The notes under the pieces were generated by a model that ran no database searches, had not been told where the DNA came from, and saw nothing but the letters and a program-made list of their open reading frames with translations. From Hypanus sabinus (lineage: Eukaryota), in NCBI RefSeq assembly GCF_030144855.1, contig NW_026780939.1, positions 1 to 64,000 on the forward strand: a DNA stretch of 64,000 bases. The letters are read 5' to 3'. Below are positions 21,985-35,819 of this stretch, one piece after another (positions within the stretch are counted from its first letter, which is position 1; each line of letters starts with the position of its first letter). The position numbers and the translations under genes were made by a program.

Positions 21985-23130
21985 TTTCCCACAAATCCCT
22001 ATGTGGGACTTTATCGAAAGCTTTCTGGAAGTACAGGTACACTACATCCACTGGCTGTCCCTTGTCCATTTCCATTTCCATAGTTACATCCTCAAAAACC
22101 TCAGAAGATTAGTTAAGCATGATTTTCCCTTCATAATTCCATGCTGACTCGGACTGATCCTACCACTGCAATCCAAATGTGTCGTAATTTCATCGTTTGT
22201 AATTGACTCCAGCATCTTTCCCATCACTGACGTCAGGCGAATCGGTCTATAATTCCCTGTTTTCTCTCTCCCTTATTTCTTGAGAAGTGGGACAACATTA
22301 GCCACCCTCCAGTCAGCAGGAACTGTTCCTGAATCTATAGAACTTTGGAAAATGATTACCAATGCGTCCACGATTTCAAGAGCCACTTCTTTAAGTACCC
22401 TGGGATGCAGACCATCAGGTCCCGGGGACTTAACAGACTTCAGACTCCACAGTCTGTCCAACACCGTTTCTTGCCTAATGTAAGTTTCCTTCAGTTCATC
22501 CTTTACCCTCGTTCCTTTGGCCACTAATACATCTGGGAGTTTGTTTGTGTCTTCCCTAGTGAAGACAGATCCAAAGTACTTGTTCAACTGATCTGCCATT
22601 TCCTTGTTCCCCATAATAAATTCACCCATTTCTGTCTTAAATGGCCCAATTTTGGACTTAACTATTTTTTTTTTTTTGCTATTCATATATCTAAAGAAGA
22701 TTTTACTATCATCCTTTATGTTCTTGGCTCGTTTACCTTCGTACTTCATTTTTTCTTGGCGTACTGCCTTTTTTGTTATCTTCTGTTGCTCTTTAAAAGC
22801 TTCCCAGTCCTCCGGTTTCCCGCTCATCTTTGCTATGTTATACTTTTCTTTTATTTTTATTCTGCCCTTTACTTCTCTCGTCAGCCACGGCCGCCCTTGA
22901 CTCCCCTGAGGATCTTTCTTCCTCTTTGGAATGAACTGATCCTGCACCCTGTGCATTATTCCCAGAAATACCCGCCGTTGTTCCACTGTCTTCCCTGCTA
23001 GGGTATTTTTCCATTGAACTTTGGCCAGCTCCTTCCTCATAGCTCCATAGTTCCCTTTGTCCAACTGTAATACTGACACATCCGATTTTCCCTTCTCCTT
23101 CTCAAATTGAAGGTTAAAACATATCATAAT
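21985..23130 (-). mobile_element. CR1 LINE ORF2 fragment
   Basis: 284-aa ORF with KSPGPDGLHPRVLKEVA...DWRVANVVPL and FQKAFDKVPH. Confidence 0.92.
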
Positions 23131-24289
23131 ATCTACGTTTTTATTTTTGCAGATGAGTGAATCAAACAGCAGAGTTACTGATTTACCTCTCCAAGAACAG
23201 CCGTTAGACCAAGCTGAAAATTATTCCAATACCTCAGCATAAAACGCGTTTTGTTTTTCCATTTTCTCTATCTTCCAAAAAATACTTCTTCTTCTCGTAT
23301 ATCTCTATCGTTCGAGACTGAGCTGTCGTATTAGTATGACACAGCTGTCATTTATCCGGCCACATTTCTAATTGCAATTTGTACCTAGCTCCCTCAACAT
23401 CAACAATTCCATCACGTTGACGTCGTCTGCAAGAGTATTTATGAGTCACGCCCAATTTGATCCAAAGCAGACGCCAGAACATTCCCAAAAATTGTCACGT
23501 GCAGAATGGCTGCCCTCAACCACTGCCCTCTGTACTCTATTTGAAGCCTTGCTATCCAATGCAACTCGGTCTCATGTCTCATCCGACCATTCAGTTTAAT
23601 CCCAACATTTGGGCCTTGGCCAGAGGAATGCTTCACGGTCCGAGCTACCCTGCTAATGGGACGATTTACAATGATCAATTAATCTATCAACATACAGGTG
23701 TTTGGTCTGTGGGTGGAATCAGGAGTTCGACGAAGACATTCGGGAAAATAAGATATAAAGAGATTTAAATAATGATATCATAGATATTAAAAGATCATTG
23801 CATTTTTTGTGAGTCGTCCTTCACGTTCCCGGGAGCAGATCGACTGTATTCGACCTCGGGAGCCTGGATTCTGGAGCCAGGCGCTGATTTCACTGTGCCA
23901 CCAGCCGGCCTATATTTACATTGGGAGATGGAAATAATATCGAGTCAGTTAATTCCGCAATAATAATTTTCAGAAAAAAGATTTGACGGGCGGCCAATCA
24001 GGATGTCGGATGAATTGGGAGGAGAGGACTTTAATCAGCGTGTATATTAAAAGTGACGGCAGGTCCAAAGAGTGAAAAAAGATCTTTGAACAGAGACCAG
24101 GCGGCGTTTGCGGTTGATCAGCAAGAGGAAGGCAGCGGCAAACGCAATATCTCACGTCAGAATAATCCATCGCCATGCTTCTGCTCACCGATGTGTCAGC
24201 CTAGGGAGGTTCAGTCAAAGGAAGCAAGGAAAAGTAAAGCACTTGGTTAAGATTCCCTTCCCTTCGTTATATCTGTTTAGATAGGACAG

Positions 24290-25100
24290 CAGAGCTACCA
24301 GGTAGGATAGTTGAATGCTCCGATTGTGGGAGCTGGGAAGGCATGGAGAACTCCAGTAACCCTGACGATTACAGCTGCGAGGGCTGTTTTCAGCTGCAGC
24401 TTCTGACAATCCGAGTTAAGGTGGTGGAGCTGGAAATGGGCGAACTGAAAGGTATTCGAGAGTCTGTAGTGGTGATGGACAGGACATATAGAGAGGGAGA
24501 TACACCCAGGGTTCGGGGCACAGGAGACTGTATGACAGTCAGGAAGGAGAAACAGGCAGGTCACCGACCCGGTGGCCATCTCCTTCAACATTATGAATAG
24601 CTTTGTGGGATTTGAGGGGCGGGGTAATGACCTAACAGTGTCCTGTCACAGTGATCGGTTCTCAGGCTCACGGTTTACCTCTGTAACTCAGGAGAGAAAT
24701 CGGCGGTGGCTGTTATGATTAGGGGTGGTGAGGGAGGAAGGCAGGCTGTACTGATAGGATATTCGTTTGTAATTTTTGTGGACGGGGGTTCAGTCGGCGC
24801 CAACGTCAGAGATATATCGGATCGAGTCCTCAGCATTCTTAACTGGGAGCCGGAACAGCTGGAAATTGTGGACTACATAGGTACCAATGACATGGGGAAG
24901 ATGAGTGACAATGTACTGCACAGACGGTTCGGGGAAGTAAGATCTCAGATAAAGGACAGGATTTGCAGGGTTATGATCTTAGGATTGCTAGACGTGCCAC
25001 GTGTTAGGAACAGAGTGAAGAAGAGTATATGGTTTAAAACGTTACTAAGGAGCTGTTTTCATGTGCAGTCCTCTAAAAATAAATGGGAACATGCATTTGG
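24290..25100 (+). mobile_element. CR1 ORF1 (esterase/SGNH-type) relic
   Basis: PDDYSCEGCFQLQLL...ELEMGEL and AVLIG.S...IGTNDMG motifs. Confidence 0.75.
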
Positions 25101-25129
25101 CATCCTCACCACTCACAGACCCTACAGAT

Positions 25130-28100
25130 TTTCATAGAAACATAGAAAACTTACAGCGCCCTTCGGCCCACAGAATTGTGCCGAACATGTCCCTACCTCA
25201 GAAATTACTGACCTTTGACATCGCCCTCCATTTTTCTATGCTCCATGTACCTATCTAAAAGTCTCTTAAAAGACCCTGTTGAATATGCCTCCACCACCGT
25301 TGCTGGTAGCCCATTCCAGGCACTTTCCGCTCTCAGATAAAACAAAACTTACCATCAAACCATAAGACCATAAAACAAAGAAGCGGAAGTCGGTCATTAG
25401 GCCAATCGAGTCTACTCCGCCATTTTATCATGAGTGAATGCATTCTCCGATTTAGACCCACTACCCGCCTTCTCATCATAACGTTTGATTTCCTGACTAC
25501 ACAGATACCTGTCAATCTCTGCTTTAAATACACCCAATTACTTGTCCACCACTGCCGCCCGTGGCAACAAATTCAACAGGTTCAGCACGCATGGCTAAAA
25601 AAAAAAAATCTCATCTGAATGGGCGCCCTTCCATTCTCAAGTCATGCCCTCTCGTAACAGAGTCCACCACCATGGAAATGACTTTGTCTCATCCACTCTG
25701 CCCGTACCTTTTAACATTCGGAATGTTTCTATGAGGTCCCCACTCGTTCTTCTAATCTCTAAGCAGTACTTTCCAAGAGCGGTCAAATGTTCCTCATATG
25801 TTAACCCTCTCATTCCCGCCATCATTTTAGTGAATCTTCTCTGAAACCTCTCCAACGTCAGCACATCCTTTCCTAAATGAAGAGTCTCATGATGCACCCA
25901 GTACTCCAGGTGAGGTCTTACCGGTACCTTTGAGTGTTTCCCCCTCACATCCCTGCTCCTATACTCAACCTCTGGGAATGAATGCCAACATTGCGTTCGC
26001 CTTCTTCACCACCGACTCAAGCTGGAGCAAAGCCTTAAGAGTATACTGCACGAGGACTCCCAAGTCCCATTGCATCTCGGAATTTTAAATACTATCCACA
26101 CTTAAATAATAACCCCTGACATCTCCTCAGGATCGACTCCGCAGCACCTTAAACGGGAGTGCACTTGCGGAACCGTTTCGGCCCTGGGAAAAAGCCTGCA
26201 ACTATCCACACGATCAATGCCTCTCATCATCTTGTACACCTCTATCAGGTCACCTCTCATCCTCCTTCGCTGCAAGGAGAAAAGGCCGAGTTCACTCTGC
26301 CTATTCTCATAAGGTATGCTCCCCAATTCAAGGGCTATACTTGTAAATCTCCTCTACACCCTTTCTATGGATTCGACATCCTTCCTGTAGTGAGGAGAAC
26401 AGAAATAAGAACAATGCTCCAAGTGGGCTCTGACCAGGGTCCTACATAGATTTACCATTACCTCTCAGCTCCTAAATTCACTTCCACCATTGATGAGGCC
26501 AATATATTTTACGCCTTATTAAACACAGAGACAATACGCGCTGCAGATTTTAGTGTCCTTTGGACACGGATCCCAAGATCCCTTTGGTACTCCACACTAC
26601 CGAGAGTCGTACCATTAATACTACATTCTGACATCATATTTGACGAACCCCAATGAACCACATCACACTTATCTGGGTAGAACTCCATCTGCCACTTCTC
26701 GGCCCAGTCTTGCATCCTTTCAATGTCCCGTTGTAAACTCAGACACCACTCCACACTATCCACAACACCTTCAACTATTGTGTCATCAGCAGATTTGCCA
26801 AGCCATCCCTCCAGTTCCTCAGCCGGTTCATTTAAAAAAGTCACGACGAGTAAGGGTCCATGGGTCACTGCACTGGTGAACTCCACCATGCAGAACATGA
26901 ACAGTCTGCAGCCAAACTTCGCCTTCTTTAGGCAAGCCTGTTGCGGATTCACCAAGCCATGCCCCATTGGATTCCATGCCTCCTAACTTTCTCAAAATAC
27001 CTTGAATGAGGTACCTTATCAAATGCCTTGCTGAACTGCATATGTACTACACCTACAGGTCTTCCCTCATCGATGTATTTAGTCACATCCTCAAAAATTC
27101 AATCAGGCTGGTCAGGCATGACACACACTTTTCAAAGCCATGTTAATACTCTTAATTATATTATATCCCTTCATCATAAATCCTGCCGCTCAGGATCTTC
27201 TCCATCAACCTACCAATTACTGAGGTAGGAATCACGGGTCTGTAAGTTCTGCGCCATCTCTACTCTGTTCCCTGAAGAAAGGAACAACATCCACCGACAA
27301 CCAATCCTGCGTAGCCTCAACCGTCCACAATGATGATCCAAAGGTCATAGACAGAGGCTCAGCAATCTCCTCTGTCGCTTTCCACAGGAGCCTGGGATGT
27401 AGTCCGCCCGGTCCCGTCGACTTATCAAACTTGAAGATTTCCTAAAGCTCCAGCACATCCTCTTTCTTAATATCAACATGTTCAATCTCCTCAGGCTGCT
27501 GCAAGACATTACCACAATCACCAAGATCCTATTCTATAGTGAATACTGAAGCAAAGTATTCATTAAGTACTTCTGCCGTTTCCTCCGGTTCCGTACACAC
27601 TTTCCCACTGTCATATCTGATGGGTCTCATTCTGTCAGGTTTGATCCCCTTGCTCTTCACATACTTGTAGAATGCCTTGAGGTTTTCCGTTATCCTGTCC
27701 GCCAAGGCCTTCTCATGACCCAATTGCATCTCCTAAGTTCCAACTTAATGTCCTTCCTGTTAGCCTTATAATCTTCTAGACCTCTAATATTACCTAGCTC
27801 TATGAACCTTTCGTAAACCTTTCTTTTCTGCTTGAATAGATTATTACAGCCTTTGTACACGACGGTTCCCGTACCCTACCATCACTTCCCCGCCTCATTG
27901 GAAAGTATTTTTGCAGAACTGCACACAAATAATTTCTGAATATTTGCCATATTTTCCTTACTTTTCCCTGAAATCATCTGTTCCCAATTTAACCTTTCAA
28001 TGTCCTGCCTGAAAACCTCAGAATTGCCCTTACTCCAATTTAACGCCTTTTAACGCCTTGTTCCTATCTCTCCCCAATGTAAAGGAGATAGAATTATGAT

Positions 28101-28700
28101 CACTATCTCCAAAATGGTCTCCCACACAGAGATCTGACACATGACGAAGATGATTTCCGCATACCAAACCAAACGCAGCCTCTCTTCCTGTAGAATTGTC
28201 TGCACATTGAGTCAAGAATCCTTCTTGAACACACCTAACAAACCCCACCCCATCTAAGTCCCTTGCTCTATGGAGATGCCAATCGATATTTGGAAAATTA
28301 AAATCTCCCATCACAACTCTGCTAAAATTACAAATTTCTAGGATCGGTTTCACTATCTGCTCCTCTATATCCCTGTTACTATTGGGCGGCTTATAAAATC
28401 ACACCCAGTAAAATTATTGACCGCTTCCTGTTGCTTATCTCCACCCACAGTGAATCTGTAGACAAACTATCCATAATGTCCAACCTTGTCTACAGACGTG
28501 ACATTATCTCCGATCAACAGGGCCACGCCCACACCTCTTTTGCCTCCCTCCCAGTCATTTCTGAAATATCTAAAACTCGGCACTTGATGTAACCATTCCT
28601 ATCTCTGAGTCATCCAAGTCTCTGCAATGACCATCACGTCATATCTCCAAGTATTGATGCACGCACTAACCTCATCCTTTTTGTTCACAATACTGCTTGC
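25130..28700 (-). mobile_element. Stacked CR1 LINE fragments
   Basis: Several RT, endonuclease (VVMGDFNFPNIDW, SDHNSI) and 3'-end segments. Confidence 0.87.
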
Positions 28701-29247
28701 GTCATGATAGAGACATCTCCTCCCATAGACGAAAACATATTTGTCATTGTAAACAATTGTTCATTGTAAATTGTCCCATTAGGAGGTTCGCTCGGACTGT
28801 GAGACATCGCGCTAGCCAAGGGCCGACCGTTGGGATTGTACTGGAAGTAAGATTATTGTGACAGGAGACCAAGATGAATTAGATAGCATGGCTTTAAATT
28901 GAGTACAGATGACAGTGGTGCAGGGCAGCCATTTTGCATGTGACAATTGTTGAAAATGTCCTGGCGTTTGACCTGGATGAAAAGGGGTTAACTCGTAAAT
29001 ACTCTTGCAGACGATACAACGTGATGGAGTTGTCGATGTTGAGGGAACATGGTGACAGTCCAGTTGGGAATGTGGTCGCAGAAGTGACATCTTTGTCATA
29101 CTAATATGACAGGTCGGTCTTGAACGAAAGAGAAATACGAGATTAGGAAGTATTTTTAGGAATAGTAGAGAAAACGTAGAGAACAAAAGACGGTTTATCC
29201 TGAGATATCGGGAGAATGTTCAGCTTGGTCCAGGCAACACTGGGGAA

Positions 29248-29845
29248 TGTACCTCTAACGTGCACGCAACAGCGTAAAAGTTTCAGCAGTAATAGAACAC
29301 TCCTCGAGTCTGGTTTTGCTGTTAACAATCACCATTTTATTAGTAATTATGTAATGTAGTAATTTAACCCAGGTTAACTGGGGGTTAGCAGTATTATCCA
29401 TATGCAGTTGTGTAAAATAAAAATCCCAAGCTTATTCAAGCTCAGTTGGCAAGAGTTACAGTCTTACGAACGTATGTAAGAAATTTCTGATCAGTTCAAA
29501 TGCACAGAATCTGAAGTGAGAGAGAGGTATTTGTCATCCATATAAACCTGTGTCGTCGATCTTCCCGTTGTCCTCTGAATCCCCACGCTGAACAACACTA
29601 ACATCAGCTTATCACAAGGAGGACTGTCTGCAAGGGAACCACAACCCAAGTAAGGGTCGGCACACCGGTAGATTCCACAAGGTCAAATTCCCAATCACAC
29701 AACGTAATCGCCACTTATCCGGTTCCAAACCTGACGAAATAACTCCAACAGTGATTTACCACAGGGGTGCCGTTCTGCAGTGAACTATCACACCCAGACG
29801 AAGTGTAAACACACGCGTAGTATTCACAAATGATTTCCGCTCACA
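29248..29845 (-). mobile_element. Probable solo LTR (598 bp)
   Basis: TGT...ACA termini, flanks GGGAA/GAGAA (5-bp TSD, one mismatch), AATAAA about 90 bp from the minus-strand end; absent from paralogous blocks at about 43040 and 23190. Confidence 0.5.
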
Positions 29846-29904
29846 GAGAACGTTGCTGTTTGATTCACTAATCTGCAAAAATACAACCGTTGATTATTAT
29901 GCCG

Positions 29905-29918
29905 CCAGCAGGTGGCAG
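29905..29918 (+). promoter_or_regulatory. CTCF-type motif, GPCR-unit downstream block
   Basis: CCAGCAGGTGGCAG: 14/14 match to CCASYAGRKGGCRS inside a conserved non-coding block. Confidence 0.72.
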
Positions 29919-30329
29919 ATTGTGATGCAGAGATTTTATGTTGCAACCCAGTAATCGCATTATCATCACAACGCATAAAGAACAGACCATAGTTAATATA
30001 CGACAGTGAGTCCTTCAGGGGTTGGTCATATATAAATCTGACCAGCATGTCTGCAAATAGGGTGATTAATGATCTTGCAGATGACACATAAACATTTATT
30101 TACAATCATACTGAAAGTGCCGGGTATTTATCACGCCGTAGCTATAAATGCAATCTAAAGGGCAAGACGTTTACACGGAGAGTAGTGGGTACATAGGATG
30201 CAATTGCTGGTGTGGTGGTCCAAGCACAAGGGTATGTTGCATTTAACAGAATTCGAGACAGGCATGTGACTATGAGGAAAATGGAAGGATACGTTCATCT
30301 AACAAGCAGAAAAGATTAGTTAGTAATTA

Positions 30330-32340
30330 CAGAAACATAAAAAATCTACAACACATTACAAGAAATTCGGATCACAATAGCTGTGCTGAGTATCTACTCA
30401 TTTATAAATTACCTAGTGTTACTGATAGGCCTCTATTTTTAAGCACCATGTGCCTATCCAGGAGTCACTTAAAAGTCCCTGTCGTATCCGCCTTCACCAC
30501 CGTCACCGGCAGCTCATTTCACGCACTCGCTAATATTGTGTGCAAAACGGAACCTGTCTTCTCCTTTGCACCTCCTTCCAGGAGGTTAAAACAATATTGT
30601 CTCGTGACAGCCATTTCAACCCTGGGATAATGCCTCCGACTACCCAAATGATCAATGCCTTTCAATATCTAATACAGCTCTGTAAGGTCACCACTCATTC
30701 TCTGCCGCTCCAAGGAGAAAAGGCCTACGCTCGTAAAGCATGGTCCCCAATCCAGGCAACATACTTGGAAATCTGCTCTACACCCTTTCTGTTGTTTCCA
30801 AATCCTTCCTGCAGTGAGGCGACCAGATCTAAGCACTGTACTCCAAGTGGGGTCTGACAGGGGTCCTATATAGCTGTAAAGTTACCTCTCGCCTATTAAA
30901 CACAATCTCACGATTGATGAAGGAAAAATGACTGTATGCCTTCTTAATCACGGAGTCACCCTGCGCAAGCCGCTTTGAGCGTCCTATGGACTCGGACCCC
31001 ACGATCCCTCTTAACGTCGACACGGCCAGGAGTCTTACAATTCCTACAATATTCTGCCATCGTATTTGACCTACCAAACTGAACCATTTCATACTTATCT
31101 GGGTTAAACTCCATATGCCACTTTTCTGCCCAGTTTGACATACTGCCAATATCCAACTGTAACCTCAGACAGCCCTCCAAACTATCCACAGCAACTCCAA
31201 CAATAGTGTTATCAGCAAATTGACTAACCTATCGAGCCAGTTCCCCTTCTGGAATATGTATAAAAGTCACGAAGAGTAAGGGTCCCAGAACAGATCACTG
31301 AGGCACACCACTGGTGACGGATCAGCATTTAGAATCTGACCAGCCTGTTCTGCACCCGCAAAGCAATGTCCACTTGGATTCCATGCTTCCTTACTTTCTC
31401 AATAAGCCGCGCATGGAATACCTTATTAAATGCCTAGCAGAAATTCATATGTACTACATCTACTGCTCTTCCTTCATCAATGAGTTTAGTCACTTACTGA
31501 AAAAAAAAAGTCACTCATGCTCGTAAGTCACAATCGGCCCTTGACAAAGCCAGGCTTACTATTATTAATCATATTATACCTCTCCAAATAAATCCTGTCT
31601 CACATAATCGTTTCCATCAACTTACCAGCCACTGAAGTAAGGCTCACTGGTCTATAATTTCCTGGACTATCTCTACTCATTTACAAGAATAACGTAACAG
31701 CATCCACAACCCGCCAATCCTCCGGAACCTCTCTCTTCCCAATTGATGATGCAAAGATCATCGTCAGAGGCTCAGCAATCTGCTCCCTCTACTCCCGCAG
31801 ATACCTGTGCTACGTCTCATCGGGTTCCGTCGACATATTCAAAATATTCGTGCCAAATGTTGCAGCACATCCTCTTTCATAATATCTACATGCTCAACCA
31901 TTTCAGTTTGCTGCAAATCATCACTACAATCACCAAAATCCTTTTACATACTGAATACTGAACTAAATAATTAATTAGGTACCTCTGCTATTTCCTCCGG
32001 CTCCATACACACATTCCCACTGTCACATGTGATAGGTCCTATTCTTTCACGTCTTATCCTCTTCACAAACTTGTAGAATGCCATCGGGATTTCCTTCTTC
32101 CATCTTGCTAATTCCTTCTCATAACCCCTTCTGGCTCCCCTAATTTTCCTCTTAACCTTCTCTCTGCTAGTCTTATTATCTTATAGATCTCTATCATTGC
32201 CGCGCTCTCTGAAAATTTTGTAAGCTTTTCTTTTTTTTTTCTTCTTGATTGGATTTATTACTGCCTTTGCACACCACAGTTCCTGTATCGTGCTGTAACA
32301 TCCCTGGCTAATTGGAACGTAACTATGCAGAAATCCACCC
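30330..32340 (-). mobile_element. CR1 LINE fragment(s)
   Basis: NWAEKWHMEFNPDK, PVRPHLEYSA and a 3' UTR; the 3' end parallels 43545-44100. Confidence 0.85.
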
Positions 32341-32399
32341 AAATTTACCCTGAATATTTGCTACATTTCTTCCATACAATTCTATTTTTTTTTTCTAAA

Positions 32400-32900
32400 A
32401 AGATCCGTGGTTCAGAATTTGGTATAATCTCTTTTTATGAGGGGGTTCTTGGGCCGAGTCAGTCTTGAGCCGGGCAATACTCTGAAGGTATCGAATATTG
32501 TAGGCTTTTTCAAGCATTGATTTCTGTATGTTGTGTGTGATTGCAATGGCTTTATCTATTGAATAAGTTGTTGTTCTTTGTCTATCCACTGTTACTACAT
32601 CTGGACGGTTATTATGGATTGTCCCATCTGTAACTACTGATCGGCAGTCATATAATTTGTTCCAGTCTGACTCTTGCATTTATACTAAGTTGTTGTTTCT
32701 GTTCCGTTTCACAGCAGCTGCTGAATACTCGTGTCTGGACATAGCCAATCACGCTTATTTCTCATTCGTTCAGAACTTTCTGACTGACCTGGTGGTGTTT
32801 CATATTGTGCCTTTCCAAGTTTGTGAAGATTCCAAACTTCTTGGAGTTGAATATTCAGAATTGGACACCAACAGGAAAATCTGCAGATTGAGTCAGTGCT
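32400..32900 (-). mobile_element. R4/NeSL-type non-LTR element fragment (restriction-like endonuclease)
   Basis: KLYDCRSVVTDGTIHNNRPDVVTVD...TYSIDKAIAITHNIQKS matches the RPD...IDxAI REL-endonuclease motif; paralogous relic at about 53830-54130. Confidence 0.7.
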
Positions 32901-33229
32901 GAGGGAGACAAATGCATGTTCCAATCCATTTTCAGACGGCTGTTACATAAAAATAACCCCCTCGCCAGATAATAAACTGTTCACTCACTGTATAGGCCTG
33001 AGCTATTTTACCAATGGGAAGAAGAATACTTAAAGATGCAGAGGTGCAGAGCCTTTTGGGAAAAGCCACTACAGGAAAATTTGGGGAACAGTGGGGAAGC
33101 CAAATGCAATGTTAGCATCCATTTCCAGAGAAATGGGATATAAAAGCAACTCTTGAGCAAACTATTAATTTTCATAGTCAACTTTTTTCCGGCCTCAGAA
33201 GTACGTAGCACGGGCAGCAAATCCAGAAG

Positions 33230-33920
33230 GCCCTGCCTTTTAACTTTGCGCTTAACTCCTGTAACTGGCTATGAAGTACTTCGTCACTCATCGTCCCCAT
33301 GTCATTGCTAACTCCATGGGCCAGATTTCAAGCTGCTCACACACCCAGTTAAAAGGACTCGATCCGAGATATCCCTGACGTTCTCGCCAAGAGAACCACC
33401 TGCCCGCACCGCTATTGAATATCCTATCATCAGATCGTGACTTTCACGCTGACGACCCACCCCCAACGAAACACACACAGAAACAGCTCAACGCCCACTT
33501 CTCTCATGAGTCACAGAGAAAACCTAAGAGCCTGAGACCCGATCACTGTGACTGAACACTTTCAGGTTATTCTCCCGCCCCATAAACTCCTCGAAGGTAA
33601 TCCAAAATTTTGAGGGAGATGGCCACATGGGAAATCTGCCCTGCCCCATTCAGCCAATTCTCCTTCATGACTGTAACACAGTCTGCTGTGCCCTGCGCCC
33701 TGGGTGTAACTGACTCTCTATACGCCTTGTCCATCACCTCTTTAGCCTCCCGAATAAACTGGAGATCGTCCAGTTCCAGTTCCACCTCCTTAAAGCGGAT
33801 TGTCAGATGCGGCAGCTGAACTCATCTCTCGCAGCTGTCGTCGTCAGTGTTACTGGAGTTCTCTATGCCTTCCCAGATCCCGCAAGAGGAACATTCAACT
33901 CTCCTGCCTGGCATCTGTGT
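33230..33920 (-). mobile_element. CR1 ORF1 relic upstream of GPCR gene 1
   Basis: ELELDDLQFIREAKEVMDKAYRESVTP; paralogous to 54560-55390 and (inverted) 24290-25100. Confidence 0.72.
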
Positions 33921-34489
33921 TATCCTAACAAATCTCTTTATCTGAAAATAATGATTGCAAAATTATCTAACTCAGTAGCATTGACAATCTATCTATCCAA
34001 CTATAATTTTTAAGAACGATCTGTTTACTTATACAGTGAATCTGTTTATATCATCAATGTTGCTAATTTTATTTTCTATTTGCTACGTGTACATTCCTTT
34101 CCAGAATGGTTGTATATCATTTTCAACTGTGTGTCAATAATTTTCTCATATTTGTGCCAATTTACAGACAAGACACGCATCCGTGGAGAGCCGACTGCCG
34201 GGATTATGAGATATACTTCCAATCTGTTTTTGTATCGCTTCTCTGACAATCTGCAAATAAACGGTTAAATGAAGCCGTTATTCCGTAGAACCTAATTAAG
34301 GCAGTGTCCATCGGGATTGTTGACGTCACCGCGGAGGTGTGGCTGCTGGTTACCTCTTCTATCAATATGTATCCCTTACAAAGACAGTTTTAGTGAAAAC
34401 TGCAGCTCTCCGCTTACAGAGACCAGTGGGTTCCAGACAGAGAGAGGAAAGAGGCTGGATCGGGAACAGGAATCTGGATATTACCAGCA

Positions 34490-34670
34490 ATGGATCGTAA
34501 TCTGGGGAATGCATCGCGGAATGCTGCAGCAATTGCGAAGACTGTTTTCTGGGCGTATCAAAATCTTGTTAAACATTATGAAACGCTGGAACTGGATTAT
34601 CGAATCATATATGTTCTGAAGACTTTCCAACTGGTTTACTACCCTGTACTCGCCATTTTAACTGTTCCTA
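34490..34670 (+). CDS. GPR139-like: GPCR gene 1, exon 1 (intact; N-terminus to start of TM1)
   Basis: 181 nt: MDRNLGNASRN...QLVYYPVLAILTVP+A|gtaagt. It has an N-A-S sequon, a YYPxLA TM1 start and a phase-1 donor; its upstream region (with TGACGTCA at 34321) is homologous to that of gene 3. Confidence 0.82.
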
Positions 34671-34744
34671 GTAAGTGTATCGTCTCTTCCGCTAGTTTAT
34701 CGTTGAAAAAATATGTCAGCCAATATTTTTCAAGATTCGGATAA

Positions 34745-35340
34745 GTCCAAATCATAGAATTAATGAAGCTGCTCCTTTATGTCATCTGTCATAGTGAGGA
34801 GATATATCCGACTAAAAACGATATCGCTTATCCATAGTCATATGAGCTCTCTGTTCTACCTTAAACTGCATGACGGAATGACGAGTACATAACGATAAAG
34901 TATTAACCAGTTTTAAAAAAATCATTCTATGTTTTCTCAGATATTCATGTTTGTAAATCTTGTTCCCAGTTATTTTTAATTTTGTCAAAAGGAACATTCC
35001 TCGTCTCCAGTAACTTACCGTCAATATTAGATGCAAAACCATTATGCACAGTTTTCAAACTAAAAAATACATCTAGTAGGTTTTCATCCGTGTTTATAGG
35101 TAACATAGATAAAGGAGATCTTAAAAATTCTCTGAATTGTAAATATATAAAATAGCGAGTTTTGAGTAAGCAATATTTAGCTGACAATTGCACAAATGAA
35201 AAATGTGGGTTCCTCTAACAAACAGTTCACAAAACACTTAAAACCCAATTTGCCGCATTCTTTTTGAATAAAAATTCAAATAAAATTCAAATAAAATTGA
35301 ATAAATGGGATTTGAAAGGGAAAATCACTTTCCCGTACTC
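34745..35340 (-). mobile_element. L1-clade LINE ORF2 C-terminal fragment in GPCR gene 1 intron
   Basis: QLSAKY...YLQFREFL...KIKNNWEQDL and KLVNTLSLCTRHSVMQFKV..RAHM, typical of fish L1 ORF2; AT-rich. Confidence 0.7.
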
Positions 35341-35701
35341 TTTAAATTCATTTCATGCCTATACCTCTGACAGGATTTTACGGTTTTTTTTGCAGGACCA
35401 GATATTATGCTGATCATGTGATTTACATATTTTGACCTTTAACACTCTTTTTGCCCGAAGGACGCTTTTGTTTAAATGGAAGGATGTTTTACGTCCTACA
35501 CATGCTGAATGGTTATGCAAAGTTGTGTCATGTTTATATTTACAGAAGATTCGTGTTTCAATTTATGAATCTCGTCAATACTTTCAAACATTGTGGTGAA
35601 CTTTTCTCATTTTTTCAAAACCTTCAATTCGTTGTTTAAACTCAGATGTTGGCTAGTTTTTTTTATTATAAGAGAAGGCTTTTTAAGTTATTTTCCCCTT
35701 A

Positions 35702-35704
<3 letters not shown>

Positions 35705-35751
<47 letters not shown>
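35705..35751. repeat. (CT)n microsatellite
   Basis: Directly visible. Confidence 0.95.
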
Positions 35752-35757
<6 letters not shown>

Positions 35758-35819
35758 TTTGTGTGTATATATATATATACCAGCCGTCTTCTTAGTATTC
35801 TTTGCGATGATATATATAT

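Noticed and set aside
22273-23127. Long RT-like ORFs (also 19371-19802, 63325-63927) as host genes or active elements
   Set aside because: They are fragments of CR1 ORF2 with nearby stops and frameshifts; no intact element is present.
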